Assembly: GCA_034927595.1 (NCBI GenBank)
Contig: JAYFPQ010000065.1
Span: forward strand, 2,994 to 66,993
Direction of reading: 5' to 3'
Origin: Christensenella sp.
Lineage (GTDB): Bacteria > Bacillota > Clostridia > Christensenellales > CAG-138
Length of the DNA stretch: 64,000 bases
Shown here: positions 9,117 through 16,887 of the stretch, one piece after another
Position numbering within the stretch: the stretch's first letter is position 1
Layout: each line of letters starts with the position of its first letter
Position numbers and translations under genes: made by a program
The notes under the pieces: model-generated
Told to the model about the DNA's origin: nothing
Database searches by the model: none
Seen by the model: only the letters and a program-made list of their open reading frames with translations

Positions 9117-9272
9117 ATCGAACATCTCCTCTTGAATCAGTAATGCAGTATCGGTAAACAACAATCGATAATATAGCACCGATATAGAGACGTGTCAACC
9201 CAAACCGCGAAATTAAGTTCTTTCTATTTTCTTAAGTTTTGCGAATGCGTCGTCTTTGAAATAGAAGACAAG

Positions 9273-9296
9273 AAAAAAGCACCCCGAAGGGTGCTT
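9273..9296 (-). terminator. intrinsic terminator of rex
   Basis: On the minus strand: AGCACCC-TTCG-GGGTGCT followed by TTTTTT. Confidence 0.65.
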
Positions 9297-9314
9297 GCTT
9301 AAGCAGAGAGGTGG

Positions 9315-9974
9315 TCAGTCAACCAGCTTGGAGTCCAACCGCTCGGAAAGGTGCTTCGAGAGCACGGCGAGCGAAGCCGCCATGTTTTCGTTTTGCACCA
9401 GGATGCCTTCCGGCGTATTCAGATGCATGGGCGCGAAGTTCCAAATCGCGAGGATTCCGCTGGAAACCAGCGCGTCACAGACCGCCTGCGCCTGCGAAGC
9501 GGGCACGGTAATGATGCCGATGTGGATGTTCATGTTGTGGCAAACGCTGCTCAGCTTGCTCATCGGGAGCACCTGCTTGCCGGAGATTTCACCGCCGGTC
9601 AGGTTGGGGTCCACGTCGAACGCGGCGGCAATGCTCAGGCCATAGGCCTCAAACCCGCGGTAGGAGAGCAGCGCACGGCCGAGGCTTCCCGCGCCGACAA
9701 GCACCGCGTCGTTCGTGTTGTCATATCCAAGGGTACGCTCAATCGCGGCGATCAGTTCGCTCGTTTGAAAACCGGTCTTCGGTTTTCCGGCGGTGTCGCT
9801 GACCGAGGCAAAGTCCTTTCGAACCTGAACTTCGTTTAGGCCAAGCTGCGCGGCTACGGTAGGGGCGGATATGATTTCCGCGCCCGCATCGCGCGCGGCG
9901 CGCAGCGCCTGCAGGTAATACGGCATACGCTGCAGCGCTTGTCTCGAAATTGAGTCGGGGGTATTCTTATCCAT
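9315..9974 (-). CDS. rex: redox-sensing transcriptional repressor Rex
   Basis: GGAGGTG RBS. N-terminal winged helix (RMPYYLQALR...ISAPTVAAQLGLNEVQVRKDF) plus a Rossmann domain (VLVGAGSLGRALL). Confidence 0.9.
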   Translation of the reverse strand: MDKNTPDSISRQALQRMPYYLQALRAARDAGAEIISAPTVAAQLGLNEVQVRKDFASVSDTAGKPKTGFQTSELIAAIERTLGYDNTNDAVLVGAGSLGRALLSYRGFEAYGLSIAAAFDVDPNLTGGEISGKQVLPMSKLSSVCHNMNIHIGIITVPASQAQAVCDALVSSGILAIWNFAPMHLNTPEGILVQNENMAASLAVLSKHLSERLDSKLVD

Positions 9975-10172
9975 TGCGCACCTCCGGAAAAACTATATCG
10001 ATATTATATTACTGCTATTGCAAGTTTGTCAAATAATCTTAATCAAGCGGAAGCAAAAGCGATTTGCCACGCATTCTGCTGGCATAGTTCGAAAACATTC
10101 TCTGTATCATAACATAATAAATGTTATTTTTCCAGTCTTACAAAAGGTTTTCGTGCCTTACACAAGATCGTG

Positions 10173-11111
10173 TTACGGGTGCCTGCCATCCTCCGTCAGC
10201 GTGGCCTGGTGTGTCGCGCGGTATCTGCGCGGACTCATGAGCAGTTCCTGCCGAAAGACCTTTGCAAAGTAACTGGGGCTGTTGAAACCCGTCGCAAAAC
10301 AGATGTCCGATATGCTCTTGTCCGAGCCGGAGAGCATGCCCGCCGCCGCGCGAATGCGATATTGCAGCAGGTAGTCGATGGGCGAGGTATCCAGCACCTT
10401 TCGAAAACAGCGGTAGCATTCGCTCTCGCTGATGGACGAGGCGGCGGCAATTTGCGAAACGGTCAGCGGCTCGGCATAGTGCTCGTGAATGTAACCCAAC
10501 ATTTGCTTGATGCGGATAGCGTCCTTGTTTTGCGTCAACGCGGTTTCGCAGATGCGCTCCTGCTGGTTTTCCAGCAGCACGAGCAGCAGGTACATCAGCT
10601 CTACCTGAACGATGATCTCGTAGCCGAACCGGTCGCTGTTGAACGCTTCAAACGCGCGCCGAAAATGCGCAATCGCTTCCTCCTGCCAAGGCACGGCTGG
10701 CAGCAGCAGTACCTCGGAGAGCTGGGCGCAGCGAACGAGTGGCGCAATGAAGCGCTGTTGAATGATGCTCTGTGGAAAGCCGGAGATGAACTCCGGGGTA
10801 AACAGCAGGCTGTTGATCCGGCACGGAACGCCTTTCTGCCCGCGCTTAAGCTTATGCAGCACGTTTGTGTTGACAAAGATCATTTCGCCCTCGTGCAGCA
10901 AAAACTCCGCCTCGTCGCAGAGCACGAGCGTATCGCCCTCGACGGAGAGGATGATTTCGATCTCCTCGTGCCAGTGCCAGGGAATGTTGCCGACGAGGTA
11001 TTTTCCGGGGTCCTCGTCATAACCGGCGCAAGGAAATACCGGCGTGCCGTGCTGCGTGAGCTCGTGCAGGTCCGGTGCAACCGAGATATCGAGTAACTGA
11101 AGCGCTTTCAT
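10173..11111 (-). CDS. AraC family transcriptional regulator (cupin sensor plus AraC HTH)
   Basis: N-terminal cupin-like region (HWHEEIEIILSVEG). C-terminal AraC HTH (SISDICFATGFNSPSYFAKVFRQ). Confidence 0.85.
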   Translation of the reverse strand: MKALQLLDISVAPDLHELTQHGTPVFPCAGYDEDPGKYLVGNIPWHWHEEIEIILSVEGDTLVLCDEAEFLLHEGEMIFVNTNVLHKLKRGQKGVPCRINSLLFTPEFISGFPQSIIQQRFIAPLVRCAQLSEVLLLPAVPWQEEAIAHFRRAFEAFNSDRFGYEIIVQVELMYLLLVLLENQQERICETALTQNKDAIRIKQMLGYIHEHYAEPLTVSQIAAASSISESECYRCFRKVLDTSPIDYLLQYRIRAAAGMLSGSDKSISDICFATGFNSPSYFAKVFRQELLMSPRRYRATHQATLTEDGRHP

Positions 11112-11210
11112 CGTTCAACCTTCGATTTTTGCAGAAATGTGTTAGAAGTTACTGTTATTATAGCGGTTCCTTCTTACATTCGCAAGGATTTTTACAGTTT
11201 GCACAATTGT

Positions 11211-11246
11211 AAAAAAAGACCCGCCTCCTTTTCGGAAAGCGGGTCT
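11211..11246 (-). terminator. intrinsic terminator of purB
   Basis: On the minus strand: AGACCCGC...GCGGGTCT followed by TTTTTTT. Confidence 0.65.
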
Positions 11247-11263
11247 TGCAGACGATCATTTGT

Positions 11264-12670
11264 TCAGACGAGTATATCCGAAAGCGCCGCGGACGGAGGA
11301 ACCGGGTGCGAACGCAAGAAGCGATCCGTCTGTTCGATGGAGCGGCCAATGTGCTTCATCGGGTCAAGTTCAAGCCGAATCTCCTCAAGCGAGAGCGGAA
11401 AGTCTGCATCTTCTGCGAGTCGATTGGCGAGGTCGTTCGGTTCGCCCTGCGACATGCGCTCTTTTGCCGCGAGGGAGTGCTTGCGGATGATTTCGTGCAG
11501 CTGCTGCCGGTCGCCGCCTTTTTTGACGGCCGCCATGAGCAGGTTTTCCGTTGCCAGGAACGGCAGCGCGTCGCCAAGGATGCGCGCGTTCGCTTGCTCG
11601 TGGACGACGAGGCCGCGCGCGACGTTTGCCATGATGCGCAGCACCGCGTCCGTGGCGAGAAACGATTCCGGCAGGGCGATACGCCGGTTTGCGGAATCGT
11701 CCAGCGTGCGCTCCAGCCATTGTGTGCTGGCGGTCAGCGGCGCGTTGAGCGCGGTGGTAATCACGAAGCGCGAGAGCGAGCAGATGCGTTCCGAGCGCAT
11801 GGGGTTTTGCTTGTAAGCCATGGCGGAGGAGCCGATTTGCTTGCTCTCAAACGGTTCCGAAAGGATACCGTCGTGCTGGAGCAGGCGAATGTCGTCCCCA
11901 AAGCGGTAGGCGGTCTGCGCAATGCTCGAGAGCGCGTTGAGCACGCGGCTGTCGAGCTTGCGCGGATAGGTCTGCCCGCTGACATCGTAGATGCGCTCAA
12001 AACCGAAGTCCGCCGCGATCCGGCGATTCAGCTCGTCGATTTTCTTGGTGTCCCCGTTGAAGAGCGAAACAAAGCTTGCTTCCGTTCCCGTTGCGCCGCG
12101 GCAGCCGAGGAACCGAATGGCCGAGAGCGCGTCGTTGAGCTCCTCCACGTCGAGCCAGAGTTCCTGCAGCCAGAGGCAGGCGCGCCGACCGACCGTGACC
12201 GGCTGGGCGGGCTGAAAGTGCGTGTACCCAACGGTCGGAATACTCTTTGTGCGCTCCGCAAACGCGGAGAGCGAGGAGAGAACGGCATACACGCTGTTGC
12301 GAATGCTGGTCAGCGCGTCCCGCAGGATCACAAGATCCGCGTTGTCGGTGACGTAGCAGCTCGTCGCGCCGAGGTGGATGACGCCCGCCGCCTTGGGGCA
12401 AACGAGTCCGTAGGCGTAGATATGCGCCATCACGTCGTGGCGGACTTCCGCTTCGCGCGCGGCAACCGCGTCGTAGTCAATGTCCGAAATGTGCGCGGAA
12501 AGCTCGTCAATCTGCTCCTGCGAAACGGGCAGGCCGAGCGCATGCTCCGCCTTAGCTAGGCTGAGCCAGAGTTTTCTCCAGGTGGAGTAACGCATGTCCG
12601 GCGAGAAGAGCCGCTGCATCTCGTCCGAAGCGTAGCGGCTGTTCAGCGGGCTCTCATAACGATCCCGCAT
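11264..12670 (-). CDS. purB: adenylosuccinate lyase
   Basis: GGAGG RBS before MRDRYESPLNSRYAS. The fumarate-lyase signature SSAMAYKQNP is present. The 145-codon Arg-rich N-terminal extension of the tracked ORF overlaps purA and is rejected. Confidence 0.92.
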   Translation of the reverse strand: MRDRYESPLNSRYASDEMQRLFSPDMRYSTWRKLWLSLAKAEHALGLPVSQEQIDELSAHISDIDYDAVAAREAEVRHDVMAHIYAYGLVCPKAAGVIHLGATSCYVTDNADLVILRDALTSIRNSVYAVLSSLSAFAERTKSIPTVGYTHFQPAQPVTVGRRACLWLQELWLDVEELNDALSAIRFLGCRGATGTEASFVSLFNGDTKKIDELNRRIAADFGFERIYDVSGQTYPRKLDSRVLNALSSIAQTAYRFGDDIRLLQHDGILSEPFESKQIGSSAMAYKQNPMRSERICSLSRFVITTALNAPLTASTQWLERTLDDSANRRIALPESFLATDAVLRIMANVARGLVVHEQANARILGDALPFLATENLLMAAVKKGGDRQQLHEIIRKHSLAAKERMSQGEPNDLANRLAEDADFPLSLEEIRLELDPMKHIGRSIEQTDRFLRSHPVPPSAALSDILV

Positions 12671-12675
12671 AGCCG

Positions 12676-13947
12676 TTACCTCCGGATGATCGCATCGCGC
12701 GAGGCTCCGACGGAGATGTTCGAAATCCTGCAGCCGATGTTCTTTTCGATGAAGAGAATATACTCCTGCGCGGCCTTCGGCAAATCGTCGAAGTTGCGGC
12801 AGCCGGAGACGTCGCACTGCCAGCCGGGCATGTATTCGATTACGGGCTTGGCCTCCGCAATGACGGCGGGGAAGGGGAATTCGTCCGTCTTCTCGCCGTG
12901 GAGCTCGTACTGCGTGCAGATCGGAATCTGCTCCATATAGGAGAGGATATCGACCTTCGTGAGCGCGACCTCGGTTGCGCCCTGCATGGTGACGCCGTAG
13001 CGCGTGGCGACGATGTCCATGGGGCCTACGCGGCGGGGACGGCCGGTTGCCGCGCCGTATTCCGCGCCTTCTTCCCGAAGACGGGCCGCCTCTTCGCCGA
13101 ACCATTCCGCCGTGAACGGGCCTTCGCCGACGCAGGTGGAGTACGCCTTGACCACGCCGATCACGCGGTCAATCTTTGTACCCGGCATGCCTGCGCCAAT
13201 GGGCGCGTAGGCCGCCAGCGGCGCGGAACTGGAGGTGTAGGGGTAAATACCGAAATCCACGTCCCGAAGCACGCCGAGCTGCGCTTCAAAGAGAATGTTC
13301 TGTTTGCCGTCGACGCTGCGCAGGAACTTGCCCGTGTCGCAGAGGTAGGGCTTGAGCTGCTCGCCATAGGTCATCAGCCAATCCCAGACTTCGTCGAGCG
13401 AGTAGGTCTTTCCGCCGTAGACGTTCTTGAGCGTCAGGTTCTTCCACTCCAGAATGCCCTCGAGGCGCTTCTTGAGATATTCCGGATAGAACAGCTCGCC
13501 GAGCATCACGGTCTTCTTCATGTACTTGTCGCCATAGACCGGCGCGATGCCGCGCTTGGTCGAGCCGTACTTCGCGTCTAAAAGGCGCGCTTCTTCGAGC
13601 ACGTCCTGATCGCGATGGTAGGGGAACACGATCGGTGCGCGGTCGCTGATTTTGAGGTTTTCCGGCGAAACGGCGATGCCGTGGGACTGCAGCTCCGTAA
13701 TCTCCTCCAGCAGTTTTTCCGGATCGATGACCGTGCCGTTTCCGAGCACGTTGACAACGCCCTTGCGAAAAATACCGGAAGGCAGGAGGTGCAGCGCGAA
13801 TTTACCGTATTCGTTGACCACGGTATGGCCCGCGTTGTTGCCGCCCTGATAACGGACGACGACGTCAAAATCCGCCGCGACAAGGTCGACCATACGGCCC
13901 TTGCCCTCATCACCCCAGTTGATTCCTACGATTGCACAGTTCGACAT
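12676..13947 (-). CDS. purA: adenylosuccinate synthetase
   Basis: AAGGAG RBS before MSNCAIVGINWGDEGKGRMVD (the P-loop GDEGKG). GNNAGHT and GATGRPRR motifs are present. Confidence 0.92.
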   Translation of the reverse strand: MSNCAIVGINWGDEGKGRMVDLVAADFDVVVRYQGGNNAGHTVVNEYGKFALHLLPSGIFRKGVVNVLGNGTVIDPEKLLEEITELQSHGIAVSPENLKISDRAPIVFPYHRDQDVLEEARLLDAKYGSTKRGIAPVYGDKYMKKTVMLGELFYPEYLKKRLEGILEWKNLTLKNVYGGKTYSLDEVWDWLMTYGEQLKPYLCDTGKFLRSVDGKQNILFEAQLGVLRDVDFGIYPYTSSSAPLAAYAPIGAGMPGTKIDRVIGVVKAYSTCVGEGPFTAEWFGEEAARLREEGAEYGAATGRPRRVGPMDIVATRYGVTMQGATEVALTKVDILSYMEQIPICTQYELHGEKTDEFPFPAVIAEAKPVIEYMPGWQCDVSGCRNFDDLPKAAQEYILFIEKNIGCRISNISVGASRDAIIRR

Positions 13948-14026
13948 GTTCTGCTCCTTTCGAAAGTACGACGCTCCCATGAGATAGTATCGTGTGACCA
14001 ATGTGAAACAAATTCAGTTGCGCATG

Positions 14027-14557
14027 TTACCGCGCGGTTCGATCGTAAACGTCGTTGCCTTGCAGATCGAACGATACGATCACCGGAAAATCCTGCACGG
14101 TCAGCCGGTAGACGGCCTCCGCGCCAAGATCGCCAAAGGCGACGAGCTCGCAGCTCGTAATTCGCGAGGCATAGAGCATGCCTGCGCCTCCGGTGGCGGA
14201 AAAGTGCACGGCGCGTCCTGCCATGGCCTCGTTGACCGCGGGACTGCGCGCGCCCTTGCCGATAAACTGGCATATGCCGTAGTCAATCAGCGCGGGGGTG
14301 TAGCGATCCATGCGTTTGCTGGTGGTCGGCCCGCAAGGGCCAATCACTTCGCCCGGCGCGGCGGGGCAGGGACCGGCATAGTAGATTGCCGCGCCCTTGG
14401 GCACGGGCAGCGATTCGCCGCGGGACAGCAGCTCCGCAAAGCGGGCGTGCGCGGCGTCGCGGGCGGTATACAGTTCGCCGCTGAGGAGAACGACGTCCCC
14501 CGCGCGAAGAACGGACAAATCTTCTGTTGAGACCGGAACGCGAAACGAGTATTCCAT
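14027..14557 (-). CDS. class I Fe-S hydro-lyase beta subunit (fumarate hydratase/tartrate dehydratase type)
   Basis: GAGGAGG RBS. Motifs LSGELYTARDAAHARF and GPTTSKRMD...IGKG. It follows the alpha subunit after a 5-nt gap. Confidence 0.85.
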   Translation of the reverse strand: MEYSFRVPVSTEDLSVLRAGDVVLLSGELYTARDAAHARFAELLSRGESLPVPKGAAIYYAGPCPAAPGEVIGPCGPTTSKRMDRYTPALIDYGICQFIGKGARSPAVNEAMAGRAVHFSATGGAGMLYASRITSCELVAFGDLGAEAVYRLTVQDFPVIVSFDLQGNDVYDRTAR

Positions 14558-14562
14558 TCGGT

Positions 14563-15402
14563 TCAGACCTCCTCGCTCGAGTGGCGGCAGGCGTGACACT
14601 GAATGTTGACCGCAACGGGCAGCCCCGCAATGTGCGTCGGTTCGGCGGCAATCTGCACGGCGAGCGCCGTCGTCGCTCCGCCAAGCCCCATGGGGCCGAT
14701 ACCGGTTGCGTTGATGCGAAGCAGCGCTTCCTGCTCCAGCTTCGCGAGGTCTTCCCGCTCAGCGGGCTCGCCAAGCGGGCGAAGTAGCTGGCGCTTTGCC
14801 AGCAGCGCGCAGGATTCCATGGTTCCGCCAATACCAACGCCAACAACGACCGGCGGGCAGGCGGAAGCGCCCGCCTCCGAGACCGCCGACACAATCTGAT
14901 TCAGAATTCCTTCCGTTCCGGCGGAGGGCGGGAGCATGGTCAACCGGCTCATGTTCTCGCTGCCAAAGCCCTTTGGCGCGACGGTGAGCAGCAGCTTGTC
15001 GCCCTCGACAAAACGAACATGGAGCACGGCGGGCGTGTTGTCGCCGGTATTTACGCGAGTAATCGGGTCGAGCACGGACTTTCGTAGATAGCCGTCCACA
15101 TACGCACGACGAACACCCTCGTTGACGGCCTCGGTTAGGTCGCCATCGACGAATACTTCTCGCCCGATGTCCACAAAGACAACGGCCATGCCGGTATCCT
15201 GGCAGATGGGGCGTTGTTTCTCCCGCGCGAGTTGCTGATTTTCAATTAACTGGTTCAGCACAGAATGCGCGGCGCCACCGCTTGTCTCCGTGTTTCGGGC
15301 GCGCAAAAGCGCGGCGCAGACATCCTCCGGCAGGGTACAGCATGCGCGAAGGCAGAGCCGTTTGATGGGCTCAACGAGCGCGGAAGCCGGAACCAGACGC
15401 AT
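14563..15402 (-). CDS. class I Fe-S hydro-lyase alpha subunit (fumarate hydratase type)
   Basis: Motifs ICQDTGMAVVFVDIG and PPVVVGVGIGGT. The ATG at 15402 is preferred; the alternative GTG at 15414 is 4 codons upstream. Confidence 0.85.
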   Translation of the reverse strand: MRLVPASALVEPIKRLCLRACCTLPEDVCAALLRARNTETSGGAAHSVLNQLIENQQLAREKQRPICQDTGMAVVFVDIGREVFVDGDLTEAVNEGVRRAYVDGYLRKSVLDPITRVNTGDNTPAVLHVRFVEGDKLLLTVAPKGFGSENMSRLTMLPPSAGTEGILNQIVSAVSEAGASACPPVVVGVGIGGTMESCALLAKRQLLRPLGEPAEREDLAKLEQEALLRINATGIGPMGLGGATTALAVQIAAEPTHIAGLPVAVNIQCHACRHSSEEV

Positions 15403-15680
15403 GCAGCCAAGCACCTTTCATGAGATGTAAGCATCGCTCCGAAAAAAATATTATCGCATAGATTCTACGGTATTTCAACATGTAAATTCGCTGAATACGA
15501 ATATTATGCATCGAAAGAGCATAAATATGAGCACTTCTTTCTTCTTCGACTGGTGATTTCGTATTTTTGCATTTGACCGTCTCGTTGAAATTATGACTCG
15601 TTTGTAAAGAATCGTTCCGGAACCCAAAGATAACCGGATTCGGGTTGATCTTCCAATCTCGTGTTGCAGGTCGTTTGCAT

Positions 15681-15698
15681 TTGTTCACATTCGAACAA
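15681..15698. promoter_or_regulatory. candidate Rex operator TTGTTCACATTCGAACAA
   Basis: 18-bp site with perfect 6-bp inverted arms (TTGTTC / GAACAA). It fits the Rex template TTGTnnnnnnnnnnACAA. It lies about 75 nt upstream of apbE, in the divergent fumarase/apbE intergenic region. Confidence 0.35.
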
Positions 15699-15771
15699 GA
15701 TTCTGCTCTTGCCATATCTCGATTCGCCGCTAAACTAACGGTATGGAAACACCCAAAAGGCGGTAGCTACG

Positions 15772-16710
15772 ATGAATGGAACGTTAAGCAGGTTATTTCG
15801 GGCACTCGGTACGATGAACACCATCACCGTGGAGCAGGCGGAGGATCACGCCCGCGCGGCGGACGCGCTGGAACGCGCCGAGCGCCGCGTGCTGGAGCTC
15901 GACGAGGTGCTCTCGGCGTTTCGTCCGGAAAGCGAGGTTTCGCTACTGAACGCCTCCGCCGGATGCAAGGAAGTTCCCGTCGGCGCGGACACGATGTTTC
16001 TATTAAAGGAAAGCAAGCGATATTCCGAATTGACCGGCGGCGCATTTTGCGTGACCACGCGCCCATTAAGCGCCCTCTGGGAACTCAACGCGCGTTGCGG
16101 CACCGTGCCGTCCCGTGCGGAGATTGAGCAGGCGCTGTTGCTCGCCAGCGACGAGGACATTGTGCTGGACGAGGAACACGGCACGGCGGCGCTCAAGCGT
16201 TTTGGACAGGCGGTGGACTTTGGCGGCATCGCGAAGGGATACGCCGCGGACGAGGTGCGCCGCATCCTGCTCGAAGGCGGGGTGACCAGCGCCTTGATCA
16301 ACCTCGGCGGAACGGTGATTTCACTGGGGCGGGAACGCAACGTCGGCATTCAGCATCCCGACCGCTGCACGGGCATCGCCATGGGGCGGGTCACGCTCTG
16401 CGACAACTGTGCGGTGACGTCCGGCGACTACGAGCGGTACTACGAGGTGGACGGCGTTCGATACCACCACATACTCGACCCGAGAACGGGATATCCCTCC
16501 CGCTCGAATCTGCGCAGCGTGACCTTGATCGGCGAGTCGGCAATGGAGCTGGACGCGCTCTCGACCGCGATCTTTGCGCTCGGCGCCGAAGATGGCCTGC
16601 CGCTGGCCGAGCAGGCGCGGGTGGAGTCCGTATTCGTAACGAACGCACTGGATGTCTTTTGTTCTGAGCACCTACGGGAGAACTTCTCTCTGTTGGCAAC
16701 GCCATCATAA
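15772..16710 (+). CDS. apbE: FAD:protein FMN transferase (ApbE), no signal peptide visible
   Basis: Motifs FRALGTMNTITV, SEVSLLN, VDFGGIAKGYAAD, YHHILDPRTG and DALSTAIFALG. Confidence 0.9.
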   Translation: MNGTLSRLFRALGTMNTITVEQAEDHARAADALERAERRVLELDEVLSAFRPESEVSLLNASAGCKEVPVGADTMFLLKESKRYSELTGGAFCVTTRPLSALWELNARCGTVPSRAEIEQALLLASDEDIVLDEEHGTAALKRFGQAVDFGGIAKGYAADEVRRILLEGGVTSALINLGGTVISLGRERNVGIQHPDRCTGIAMGRVTLCDNCAVTSGDYERYYEVDGVRYHHILDPRTGYPSRSNLRSVTLIGESAMELDALSTAIFALGAEDGLPLAEQARVESVFVTNALDVFCSEHLRENFSLLATPS

Positions 16711-16887
16711 GAAAGAATTTCGCGAAAAATTAGTTGAAAAGTCAGTATTGTGTATTGGTTACTGACTGTACTATAATTTTCGCATAACATAATAATGATT
16801 ATCAATATTACATGTGCGACAGGTCAATTCGAACTGGGTTTGCAAAACGAATACAGTGCGACCTTGGCAGCACAGAGGTTTGGTTTG

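Noticed and set aside
9117-9272. Expected Rex operator upstream of the Fe-ADH gene, next to rex
   Set aside because: I scanned both strands of the ADH upstream region for TTGT-N10-ACAA-type palindromes and found none. I therefore make no call.
11264-13105. The tracked 613-aa ORF implies a long N-terminal extension of PurB
   Set aside because: The first 145 codons are Arg/Pro/Gly-rich and overlap the 3' end of purA out of frame. A GGAGG RBS precedes the internal ATG at 12670, which yields the canonical PurB N-terminus.
15371-15715. 114-aa minus-strand ORF in the AT-rich fumarase/apbE intergenic region
   Set aside because: It has no RBS, it overlaps the 5' end of the fumarase gene, and its composition is odd. 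The region is better explained as a divergent promoter/regulatory region.
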